Source: an uncultured Acidimicrobiales bacterium (GTDB lineage: Bacteria > Actinomycetota > Acidimicrobiia > Acidimicrobiales > SZUA-35). Taken from it: 64,000 nt of DNA. Below are positions 36,761 through 45,167 of the stretch, piece after piece. Every line of letters begins with the position of its first letter. The stretch's first letter is position 1. The notes below the pieces were generated by a model. The model saw only the letters and a program-made list of their open reading frames with translations. It was not told the DNA's origin and searched no databases. A program made the position numbers and the translations under genes. The DNA is taken from NCBI GenBank assembly GCA_937925335.1, contig CALEWY010000012.1, positions 14,137 through 78,136 of the forward strand. Direction: 5' to 3'.

Positions 36761-36802
36761 CACACTGCTTGTTTCACACTGCTTGTTTCACACTGCTTGA
36801 AT
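36761..36802. repeat. 14-bp tandem repeat x3 (cacactgcttgttt, third copy cacactgcttgaat)
   Basis: Read directly. It lies between the CGNR gene stop and the membrane-protein start. Confidence 0.85.
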
Positions 36803-36846
36803 CACACCGTTCGACGTGACGAGATCACATCCGGTTCAGAAGTTAC

Positions 36847-37419
36847 TCAAACACCACCGGCTCGACGCGCCCGGTGATCGGCCGTGTGCGTCTTGCTCGC
36901 ACACCGCGGATCATCGCAGAACCGACGCGAACGGTTACGAGTGCCGTCGTAGAACAGCCGCTCACAATCGGCGGCGGCACAGCGCCCAAACCGGATCGTG
37001 CCGTTCTCGACGAGTTCTTGTGCCGACGCCATCACGAGGTCGGCGATGACCTGGTCATCAAACGTTGCCGTGTTCGGCGTCCAGTGCATATGGGGGCCGG
37101 TGCCATCGTGGGCCACGATCGAGGGGGTGATCGGAAGCTCGGTCAACTCTTCGTTGACCCGGGCCAGTGCCTCCTCGGTCGAACACTCCGGGAACTCGGC
37201 GACCAGTTGGGTCAACGACACGAGCCGTGTGCTCAACCGTTGAATCGACGCCGCTGACGCTCCGCTCGCCCGACTGAATCCGCCGTTGGCCAACGTCGAT
37301 CTGGCATCGAGTTCACCAGCAGCCAAGTCATTCGCGAGCGCAACGAAGGCCTCGAGCGTGATCCGAATCTCTGATTGCGCGGTCGATGCAACGTGCATGT
37401 GACGCACGCTACCAAACAA
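36847..37419 (-). CDS. CGNR zinc-finger (ABATE domain) putative regulator
   Basis: The C-terminus reads RFGRCAAADCERLFYDGTRNRSRRFCDDPRCASK. Confidence 0.8.
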   Translation of the reverse strand: MFGSVRHMHVASTAQSEIRITLEAFVALANDLAAGELDARSTLANGGFSRASGASAASIQRLSTRLVSLTQLVAEFPECSTEEALARVNEELTELPITPSIVAHDGTGPHMHWTPNTATFDDQVIADLVMASAQELVENGTIRFGRCAAADCERLFYDGTRNRSRRFCDDPRCASKTHTADHRARRAGGV

Positions 37420-37489
37420 AAGGGTTGCGTGAAGGTCTAATCGCGTTTAGAACCTTACGAACGAGAGCTACTAACCGATAGGTCCTTAC

Positions 37490-38113
37490 ATGACGTTCCT
37501 CCTCATCGTCGCAAACATCCTCGGGGCCGGCATGGTCGTTCCGCAGGTCATCCACCTCCATCGATACCGCTCGCTCGACGGAGTTTCTTCCGCGTGGACC
37601 GGCGTGGGCATCGCGATGAACGCCTGGTGGATCATCTACGCCTTCGGCGCAGACATACTCGGCGTGCTGCCCGTTTCGATCCTGGGCGTTGCGCTCTACG
37701 CGACGATGGCAGCTCAGGTCATCAGGATTGATCGACGCCAGATCCGCCCGGTGTTGATGGGTGGCCTCGCCATCGGATCGGTCCCAGGGGTTGCGCTCGC
37801 CATCGGTGGTTGGCCAGGCGCAGGGCTCGCGATCGGCCTCTGCTACGGCATCCAGTTCGCGCCCGCAGCCATCGCTGCTGTGCGCTCTGAACGGCTGACT
37901 GGCATCTCCGCTCCGACATGGATCATGGCATTCACCGAAGCAGTGATCTGGGCGATCTACGGCCTGCCGATCAACGACCCAGCGCTGATCCTCGGAGGAG
38001 TGGGCGGTTCGATCGCTTCCGCGATCATCTTGATCCGCCTTGCATCTGAGACTCGAGCGCCAAAGGCTCGGCGAGGAATGCCATCAGGTCCGCTCAACCC
38101 GGGCATGGCCTGA
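37490..38113 (+). CDS. 7-TM double PQ-loop (SWEET-like) membrane protein
   Basis: Two internally homologous 3-TM units are joined by one TM. The units are VVPQVIHLHRYRSLDGVSSAWTGVGIAMNAWWIIYAF and FAPAAIAAVRSERLTGISAPTWIMAFTEAVIWAIYGL. Confidence 0.65.
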   Translation: MTFLLIVANILGAGMVVPQVIHLHRYRSLDGVSSAWTGVGIAMNAWWIIYAFGADILGVLPVSILGVALYATMAAQVIRIDRRQIRPVLMGGLAIGSVPGVALAIGGWPGAGLAIGLCYGIQFAPAAIAAVRSERLTGISAPTWIMAFTEAVIWAIYGLPINDPALILGGVGGSIASAIILIRLASETRAPKARRGMPSGPLNPGMA

Positions 38114-38142
38114 CGAACAGGTGCGCACCGGGGCGTGCAGGC

Positions 38143-38676
38143 TTAGCCGGGGTAGGTCCCCGTCACGGCGTGATGCTCGTAGAACGCAACGACGAGTGCA
38201 CAGCACGGCTGATCACTCGAGGTGTGGACGATCTCGAACTCCGGACCTGCGCTCAAGTCGAGATAGGGGCGTCGCTCGATCATCTCCGCCATGCCGAGCT
38301 CGAGGTCGGACCGAACGCGATCAACATCTTCGTGGTGAGCCTCGAGGAAGATTCCACCGCGACCCTCGGCGTCGACGGCCCATGCAACACCAGCAGCGAC
38401 GGAACCGGACATGGCCCGCTGCTCAGCCATCACGCAGTGAACGATGTCGCCGACCCCAAGGTCCATCGCTGGTGGATTGACCGAGATCGTCGCTCCGGCC
38501 GGGATGACCGAAGACAACGACAACAAGTTCACATCACCCAGTCCGATCTCGGTAAGAGCTGCATCGAACGCAGAGATGGGAGTGACGCCGACGGCGGTCG
38601 ACGACCAGATGGGAAGGATCATGGGCGAGAAGTGTGGACCGAGCGCCCCGCGACTCACATGATCGAACCGGATCAT
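38143..38676 (-). CDS. pdaD: pyruvoyl-dependent arginine decarboxylase family protein
   Basis: GVTPISAFDAALTEIGLGDVNLLSLSSVIP matches the PvlArgDC self-cleavage region (Ser-Ser). The start could be 38676 or 38622. Confidence 0.75.
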   Translation of the reverse strand: MIRFDHVSRGALGPHFSPMILPIWSSTAVGVTPISAFDAALTEIGLGDVNLLSLSSVIPAGATISVNPPAMDLGVGDIVHCVMAEQRAMSGSVAAGVAWAVDAEGRGGIFLEAHHEDVDRVRSDLELGMAEMIERRPYLDLSAGPEFEIVHTSSDQPCCALVVAFYEHHAVTGTYPG

Positions 38677-38686
38677 TCCAAGTGAG

Positions 38687-39925
38687 CTAAATCGCGAATG
38701 ACCGGCCAATCACGCCAGCTGCGGCCGCGACGCCCGAACCACCCATCGGTGCATCGAGGGCGATCAGCCCAGCTTCGATCGTGGCGAGCGCACCCAACAA
38801 CATCGGCGGATTCAGGTGGCCCATGTGGCCGATGCGAAAGGCTCGTCCATCAAAACTGCCGATGCCGAGCCCGAGTGTGAGCGCTGCTTCCTGCTCGCAG
38901 ATGTCACGCAGGCGATCGGGATCGATCGAACCGGTGAGAACGGTGGTGACCGCATCGGAGCGAGCGGCAGGGTTGGTGATGTTGAGTTCGATGCCGCCCG
39001 GTGTCGCCCACGTCTCGACCGCAGCGCGCACCGCCGAGGCCAAGATCGCATGGCGCTCCCACACCGCTTCGAGTCCACCCTCCTCGTCGATGATGTTCAT
39101 GGCTTCTCGCATCGCGTAGAGATGCGAGATCGGTGGGGTCCCCGAGTAGAGCTCGTAGTGAGCGTTGACGTTCGTGCGTTGATCCCAGTCGAGGTAACCG
39201 ACCTTCAGGTCGGCCGATTCGTAGGCCGCCATCGCCTTTGGACTCGCCCAGAGAAAGCCGAGGCCGGGAGGCACCATCAGGCCCTTTTGTGACGCGCTCA
39301 CCATCAGGTCGACGCCCCACGCATCCATCTCAAAGGGTTCACAGCCGAGCGATGCAATGCAATCAACCATGAACAGCGCAGGGTGGCCGGCGTCATCGAT
39401 CGCCTTGCGGAGCGCGGGCACGTCGTTTCGAACCGAGGTGCCCGTGTCGGTCTGCACGCAGAGCACGGCTTTGATCTCGTGGTTCGTGTCGGCGAGCAGG
39501 CGGCTCTTGAGAGCCTCGGGATCGACAGGATCACGAAGCGAGCCGTCGAGAATCTCGACGTCGACACCCGACATCTCGGCCATCTCCCCCCAGGCGATTG
39601 CGAAGTGGCCGGATTCGAGAGCGAGCACCTTGTCGCCGCGAGACATTGTGTTGCACACCGCCATCTGCCACGGTCCGTGACCGTTCGACATGATCACGAA
39701 TGACTCGGCGGTGGTGGTGCGCGCCAGCGCCGGCAGGCGCTCGAACACCTCGTCGGAGATCTCGACGAGCTCACCTTCGTAGATGTTCGGCATCGCCGTC
39801 GCCATTGCCGCCAGCACTCGATCGGGCATGACTGAGGGGCCAGGAATGGCGAGGGTTTGACGTCCGTGACGCAGGCGACCGGGGCGGCTCGCGTCGGCGG
39901 AGGATGGGCCCGAATCAGCTGACAT
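38687..39925 (-). CDS. class V aminotransferase (serine-pyruvate/alanine-glyoxylate type)
   Basis: 412 aa. The PLP-lysine region reads DLMVSASQKGLMVPPGLG, and the overall layout is AGXT-like. Confidence 0.85.
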   Translation of the reverse strand: MSADSGPSSADASRPGRLRHGRQTLAIPGPSVMPDRVLAAMATAMPNIYEGELVEISDEVFERLPALARTTTAESFVIMSNGHGPWQMAVCNTMSRGDKVLALESGHFAIAWGEMAEMSGVDVEILDGSLRDPVDPEALKSRLLADTNHEIKAVLCVQTDTGTSVRNDVPALRKAIDDAGHPALFMVDCIASLGCEPFEMDAWGVDLMVSASQKGLMVPPGLGFLWASPKAMAAYESADLKVGYLDWDQRTNVNAHYELYSGTPPISHLYAMREAMNIIDEEGGLEAVWERHAILASAVRAAVETWATPGGIELNITNPAARSDAVTTVLTGSIDPDRLRDICEQEAALTLGLGIGSFDGRAFRIGHMGHLNPPMLLGALATIEAGLIALDAPMGGSGVAAAAGVIGRSFAI

Positions 39926-39959
39926 CCCGAGACTGTACGAACCCTAGAGTGGTCCTGCC

Positions 39960-40562
39960 ATGTCGAATGCTGCCGCACATCCACTCCCCGCCCTTCCGCC
40001 AACACCCGAGGCCCGCCGAGCGGCGCTGCTCGAGGTGTTGAAGACCAAGGGTCTTCTCGAATTGCCAGAGCCCGTAACGTTGTCGTCCGGTGCCCAGAGC
40101 CGCTTCTTCCTCGACGGGAAGGCTGCTCTTTCGCTCGGCGGCGACCTTGCTCTGGCATGCCAGTGCATGGCCGATCTCGCAGCGGCGCGCGGGATCGAGT
40201 TCGACGCTGTTGGCGGACTCACACTCGGCGCTGATCAGTTCGCCCATGGCGTCGCCATCGTGGCGAACAAGGAGTGGTTCGTCGTCCGCAAACAGCCGAA
40301 GGGCAGGGGCACCGATCGTTACGTCGAAGGCGCAACACTCAAGGGCAAGCGGGTGCTCCTCGTCGACGACGTGATCACCACCGGTGGATCGAGCTTGGTC
40401 GCCAAAGAGCGCATCGACGCGGAGGGCGGCATCGTCGTGCTGGCCTCCACGCTGGCTGCTCGCAGCGACGAGCCGGCGACCACCTTTGCCGACGCCAACG
40501 TCGAGTTCGCTCCCGTGTTCACCTACGTCGATCTCGGCATCCCAGCCGTGGGAACCGAGTAG
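39960..40562 (+). CDS. pyrE: orotate phosphoribosyltransferase
   Basis: PRPP-binding motif KRVLLVDDVITTGGS. 200 aa. Confidence 0.9.
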   Translation: MSNAAAHPLPALPPTPEARRAALLEVLKTKGLLELPEPVTLSSGAQSRFFLDGKAALSLGGDLALACQCMADLAAARGIEFDAVGGLTLGADQFAHGVAIVANKEWFVVRKQPKGRGTDRYVEGATLKGKRVLLVDDVITTGGSSLVAKERIDAEGGIVVLASTLAARSDEPATTFADANVEFAPVFTYVDLGIPAVGTE

Positions 40563-40564
40563 CC

Positions 40565-41179
40565 ATGAGCACCGAATCATCCGCTGCCGGCGAGCCCGGC
40601 TCGAAGACTGACTCCACTCCTGACCCAAGCGGTGATTCGGGCGCTGACCCAGGCGCGGACTCCAGCACGGACTCAGGCCCTGGCTCCAGCACTGACTCGG
40701 GCGCGGAGCTGCATCCGCAGGCCGCCAAGGTGGCTGGCGCCGCGGCCGAGGCTGGCGTCACGATCAGTCCCGTCGAGTACCCGACGGGCGTACGCACCGC
40801 TGCTGAGGCGGCTGAAGCCGTCGGCTGTGATGTTGAGCAGATCGTGAAGTCGCTGATCTTCGAGGTCGATGGTGAGATTGTCTTGGCGCTCACGAGCGGG
40901 AAGAACACGATCGATACCGACAAACTCGCGGAGGCTGCTGGCGGGGCGGCGTGTGGTCGAGCTAACCCGGATCAGGTCCGAGCCACCACCGGCTACGCAA
41001 TTGGTGGAGTGCCGCCGATCGGGCATGACCAGACCGTGCGCAGCTGGTTTGACCCGCATCTACTGACCCTGCCATCGGTGTGGGCCGCGGCCGGCACCCC
41101 TCGACACGTGTTTGAGATCGAGCCGTCTGAGCTTGTCCGCATCTCTGGCGCGTCCGTTGTCGACTTCACGAATCACTGA
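40565..41179 (+). CDS. YbaK/EbsC-type aminoacyl-tRNA deacylase domain protein with acidic low-complexity N-terminus
   Basis: ATG 40565 lies within the longer 40274 ORF. Motifs include IVKSLIFEVDG...LALTSG and GYAIGGVPPIGH. Confidence 0.8.
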   Translation: MSTESSAAGEPGSKTDSTPDPSGDSGADPGADSSTDSGPGSSTDSGAELHPQAAKVAGAAAEAGVTISPVEYPTGVRTAAEAAEAVGCDVEQIVKSLIFEVDGEIVLALTSGKNTIDTDKLAEAAGGAACGRANPDQVRATTGYAIGGVPPIGHDQTVRSWFDPHLLTLPSVWAAAGTPRHVFEIEPSELVRISGASVVDFTNH

Positions 41180-41197
41180 TCACATCTTCGAGAACCG

Positions 41198-41824
41198 ATG
41201 ACTCCCGATCCCCGCGAGAAACCACCACACGATGTTGGTGTTGGGCCACATCCTGAACCGTGGCCTGACGATGAGCACTTCGACCGAGAGCTTCTCGCCG
41301 AGGGTGATCGACGCAACGTGGTCGACCGCTATCGCTACTGGTCGATGGACGCGATCATCGCCGATCTCGACACCCGCCGGCACCCGTTTCACGTCGCCAT
41401 CGAGAACTGGCAGCACGACTTCAATATCGGCACCGTCGTTCGAGCGGCGAACGCCTTTCTTGCAGCCGAGGTGCACATCGTCGGCAAGAAGCGATGGAAC
41501 CGGCGTGGCGCGATGGTGACCGATCGTTATCAGCACGTTCGCCACCACCCCACCGTCGAGGCGTTTCGAGCGTGGGCTGACGCCGAGGCCATCACACTGA
41601 TCGGGATCGACAACCTGCCCGGTTCGACACCGCTCGAGGGTGATCCGCTGCCGGAGCGGTGTGTGTTGGTCTTCGGCCAAGAGGGCCCCGGTCTGTCAGA
41701 CGAGATGCGCCCGGCGCTCGATCAGTGTCGGTCGATCGCGCAGTTCGGCTCGACCCGGTCGATCAACGCCGGCGTCGCCGCCGGCATCGCCATGCACAGC
41801 TGGATCGTCGAGCACATTTCCTAG
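41198..41824 (+). CDS. TrmH/SpoU family RNA 2'-O-methyltransferase
   Basis: SpoU motifs are present (NIGTVVRAANAF; LVFGQEGPGLS; SINAGVAAGIAMH). Confidence 0.8.
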   Translation: MTPDPREKPPHDVGVGPHPEPWPDDEHFDRELLAEGDRRNVVDRYRYWSMDAIIADLDTRRHPFHVAIENWQHDFNIGTVVRAANAFLAAEVHIVGKKRWNRRGAMVTDRYQHVRHHPTVEAFRAWADAEAITLIGIDNLPGSTPLEGDPLPERCVLVFGQEGPGLSDEMRPALDQCRSIAQFGSTRSINAGVAAGIAMHSWIVEHIS

Positions 41825-42063
41825 CCACCCAGCACCGAGCCCACGCCAGCGAACCCTCATCAACCTCTGAGGTGCGGCAGGTTGGTGAGCGGGAGCGCGC
41901 CCGGTTCGCGCCCGACCCGCGCCCGAGGGAATGTTGCGTAGATAGTGGGTTTCCGCGACTTCCGCGCCATGTCTGGTCGAAAACGGCACCTGCAGCACCT
42001 CAGAGGTGCGGCAGGTCGCACGTTCGCGCATAAAGGTGCCTACGTTGGCCGAGCGCTGGGTGT

Positions 42064-42636
42064 CTAGATACGGATGCGGCGGTTCTTGAAACGCCGCAGG
42101 CCGAGCTCGATGAACACGACGGCACCGAGCACGAGCAGCAGGTAGAAGACGCCATTGGTGATCGTTCGCACGACGTCTGGCACTTCGCGCTCGGGCTCTT
42201 CGGTCACGTTGATGAAGTAGGTCATCACCGCTTCACCGGGGGTGGCGGCTTCACGAGCCGCCTCGAGCGCTTGGGTCTTTCGCTCGTCGAGCTCTTCAGA
42301 CACGCTCGCTTCGACCGTGCCGTCACGATCGAAGAGCACGGCGATATCAGCATCGGCGGCTTGTCGAACCCGAAGTGCGAACGCTGATCCGCTCGGAATC
42401 GATTCGTTCGGAACCACGACGATCATGACGATGCCGTCCTTGGTCGCCTCGGAGATGGCACCCTCAAACATCTCGGGTGTCGCGTCAGAAGATCGAGTCG
42501 AATGGATGTACACACCATCGACTAGATCTTCGACAACCTCGGACGGGGTCTCCGCATTCGCCGTGCTCGGAAGGCCGAGCGCGAGAGTCGCAATCAGCGC
42601 GACAACGAAGAGTGAACGAGAGATTGAGGGCAACAC
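42064..42636 (-). CDS. hypothetical secreted protein with C-terminal membrane anchor
   Basis: GTG start, signal peptide (ATLALGLPSTANA) and a C-terminal TM helix (VFYLLLVLGAVVFIELGL). Confidence 0.55.
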   Translation of the reverse strand: MLPSISRSLFVVALIATLALGLPSTANAETPSEVVEDLVDGVYIHSTRSSDATPEMFEGAISEATKDGIVMIVVVPNESIPSGSAFALRVRQAADADIAVLFDRDGTVEASVSEELDERKTQALEAAREAATPGEAVMTYFINVTEEPEREVPDVVRTITNGVFYLLLVLGAVVFIELGLRRFKNRRIRI

Positions 42637-42677
42637 CGCCGAAAGTGTGTCACGGCAGTGGGGTCAAGCGGTGACGC

Positions 42678-43295
42678 TTAGCCAAGCATCCAATCGCGGG
42701 CCTTGTCCTTGCCCGTCTCCGCATCGAAAAAGCGGTTGAACGCATCGTCGGATTCTTCGTCCTGACCGGAGCCAAACGACGAATCGTCGCTCGGCGTGAC
42801 CGAACCGGGAGTCACCGTGATCTCGTCACCTTCGATGAGCGCGATGTCGCGCTCGTTACGCAGCGCTTCGACCTCAAGCTTGAGGGTCTCACGCTCTTGC
42901 ATCAATCGGATCGCATCGACCCTGATCGATTCGATCTCCGCCATCAGCTCCGAAACCTCGGAGGCCAGGACACCATGTTCTGCCTCAATAATGGTCATCG
43001 CCTCATCCTTTTCTTTCTTTTCAAGCAACAGGACTGAAACCTCTGACCGCAACGCATCTCGCGTCGAGGTCAGAGCGTTAACCCGCTCGGTGGCTGCTTC
43101 TTCAGCCGTAAGAAGCACATCCATCGCTGCCTGAGCAGCGACGGCCTCTGGGGTTGTCTTCTGCTCTCGTGCGATCTCTTCGAGTCGTTTGAAAGCTGCG
43201 AGTCGGGGTGAAGCCGACTCAAATGCGCGTTCGTACTCAGACAAACGCTCCCTCAGTAGTTCGATCTCATTCGATCGATCCATGTCGTTCGACAC
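42678..43295 (-). CDS. hypothetical coiled-coil protein
   Basis: GTG 43295 is preceded by a GAAGGAGG SD. The protein is heptad-rich and Glu/Leu/Ala-rich over 205 aa. Confidence 0.55.
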   Translation of the reverse strand: MSNDMDRSNEIELLRERLSEYERAFESASPRLAAFKRLEEIAREQKTTPEAVAAQAAMDVLLTAEEAATERVNALTSTRDALRSEVSVLLLEKKEKDEAMTIIEAEHGVLASEVSELMAEIESIRVDAIRLMQERETLKLEVEALRNERDIALIEGDEITVTPGSVTPSDDSSFGSGQDEESDDAFNRFFDAETGKDKARDWMLG

Positions 43296-43505
43296 AGGCC
43301 GCCTCCTTCAGACTCCAACTCCATCGGACGGAGGAGGGCATCCATGAGGCTTCTCACAACCCAAGATCGGTACTCTCGATCGCAACGCATCAGCGGGCAA
43401 ACGCCGAAATCGCCTCCATCTCGCGGTGGCGAAGCGTGCAGCCCAGTGGGTGTGCGGGTTGATGACTTGGTCAGACCACCGGCGATTTCCTCAACTGTCG
43501 GGCCA

Positions 43506-44219
43506 TCAATGGCCAAACATCATCAGCCATTGCTCCATCGATGACGGCTTGTAGACGACGTTTGTGCGCCGAGTCTCACCCATCGACTTGCTCGGCTCCG
43601 GCGAATAGAGGTGGCCCGGATAAAGAATGGACGAGTCGGGAACCTTGCCCAAACGATCGTTCAACGACCGATACAGCTCCTCTGGGTCGCCACCGGGGAG
43701 GTCGGTTCGGCCACAACCGTCGAGGAAGAGCGTGTCACCGGCGACGAGGCAGTTGTCGACGAAGAAGCACTGGCTGCCCGGCGTGTGGCCTGGCGTGTGG
43801 ATCAGTTCGATCTCGATCTCGCCAACCTTCACAATGTCGCCAGAATCATGGCCGACGAGATGATCCGGAGTCACCCCGGTCACCTTGGTGACGTATTCGA
43901 CCTCGGGTGTTTGCAGATGCACCGGAACGTCGACACGTTCGAGCAGCTCGGCGATGCCGTTGATGGAGTGGCCCATCATGTTTCCGCCCACATGGTCGGC
44001 GTGATAGTGGGTTCCGAGCACGCCGGTGAGGGTCATTCCGTCAGCTTCGAGAATGTCGAGCAGGCCATCCGGGTCGTATGCGGGATCGATCACAACCGCC
44101 TCACCGGTCTCGGTGTCACCAACGACGTAACAGAAGTTGACCATCTGCTGCGCGATCGGATCGTTCGTGGCGAAATCTCGCCCGGAGAGCAGCTGACGGA
44201 AATAGAGGCGGCCATGCAT
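43506..44219 (-). CDS. MBL-fold metallo-hydrolase (glyoxalase II-like)
   Basis: The start is taken at MHGRLYFRQLLSGRDFA. Motifs include THYHADHVGG, HTPGHTPGS and GDTLFLDGCGRTD. Confidence 0.85.
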   Translation of the reverse strand: MHGRLYFRQLLSGRDFATNDPIAQQMVNFCYVVGDTETGEAVVIDPAYDPDGLLDILEADGMTLTGVLGTHYHADHVGGNMMGHSINGIAELLERVDVPVHLQTPEVEYVTKVTGVTPDHLVGHDSGDIVKVGEIEIELIHTPGHTPGSQCFFVDNCLVAGDTLFLDGCGRTDLPGGDPEELYRSLNDRLGKVPDSSILYPGHLYSPEPSKSMGETRRTNVVYKPSSMEQWLMMFGH

Positions 44220-44246
44220 TCCGCCACAGTAGCTATCGTGAGCGCC

Positions 44247-45167
44247 ATGACCCAGCGGCGGATTGCGTACCTCGGGCCCGAGGGCACCTTCACAGAGGAG
44301 GCCCTTCGGTCTCAACCCGATCTCCTCGACGCTGAGTTCGTGCCGATGCGCACCTTCGTCGACGTGCTCAACGCCACCCAAGATGGCGATGTCGACCTCG
44401 GATTCGTCGCCATCGAGAACGCCATCGAAGGAACGGTCAACGTCACCCTCGACACCCTGGCATTCGACACCGATCTCGCCATCCAACGCGAAGTCGTCCT
44501 CGATATCGAAATGCATCTCATGGCGGCACCGGGCACGTCGATCGACGACGTCCACACCGTCACCTCACACCCCGTCGCCAATGCTCAGTGCCGAGCCTTC
44601 CTTCGTTCCGGGCTACCCGACGCCGATGTGCAGCCGGCGAACTCAACCGCCGAAGGTGCACGCATCGCCGCCGAAACGCCAGGTGTCGCAGCACTCGGAC
44701 CTCGGATTGCCGGTGAGCGACACGGCCTCGAAATCCTCGCATCCGACGTCGCCGACATGCAGGGCAACCAGACCCGCTTTCTCGTCGTTGCTCCCGACGG
44801 TGTGCCATCACCGAGCGGCCACGACAAGACTACGCTCGTGCTCAACCAGCGCGTCGACAAACCCGGCAGCCTCGTTGCGATCCTCCACGAGTTCTCCGCC
44901 CGCAACCTGAACCTGTCGAAGCTGACATCGCGCCCGGCGCGAACCACCCTCGGTCAGTACTGCTTCATCGTCGACGTGTTCGGCCACATCGCCGACGACG
45001 TCATGGCGAACTGCCTCACCAACATCCACGCCAAACACGCAGATGTGAAGTTCCTCGGCAGTTACCCAACAGCGGGCGACGGCTCACTCCAAGTTCGAGC
45101 TGCTGCGTCAGAAGCATGGGACGACGCCGAGAAGTGGATGCAGACGCTGCGAGATCAGATCGCATGA
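44247..45167 (+). CDS. pheA: prephenate dehydratase
   Basis: IAYLGPEGTFTEEA, ENAIEGTV, an ACT domain (GSLVAILHEFSARNLNLSKLTSRP) and FLGSYP. An alternative GTG start lies at 44238. Confidence 0.9.
   Translation: MTQRRIAYLGPEGTFTEEALRSQPDLLDAEFVPMRTFVDVLNATQDGDVDLGFVAIENAIEGTVNVTLDTLAFDTDLAIQREVVLDIEMHLMAAPGTSIDDVHTVTSHPVANAQCRAFLRSGLPDADVQPANSTAEGARIAAETPGVAALGPRIAGERHGLEILASDVADMQGNQTRFLVVAPDGVPSPSGHDKTTLVLNQRVDKPGSLVAILHEFSARNLNLSKLTSRPARTTLGQYCFIVDVFGHIADDVMANCLTNIHAKHADVKFLGSYPTAGDGSLQVRAAASEAWDDAEKWMQTLRDQIA

Noticed and set aside
34849-36877. 392-aa and 352-aa plus-strand ORFs
   Set aside because: They lie opposite the DUF1203, PCD-VOC and membrane-protein genes. They are extremely Arg/Ser/Pro-rich and no domain is recognisable.
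43611-44555. long extensions of the pheA ORF (from 43611) and the MBL ORF (to 44555)
   Set aside because: Each extension is antisense to the other gene's well-supported coding region. Family-typical N-termini define the starts at 44247/44238 and at 44219.
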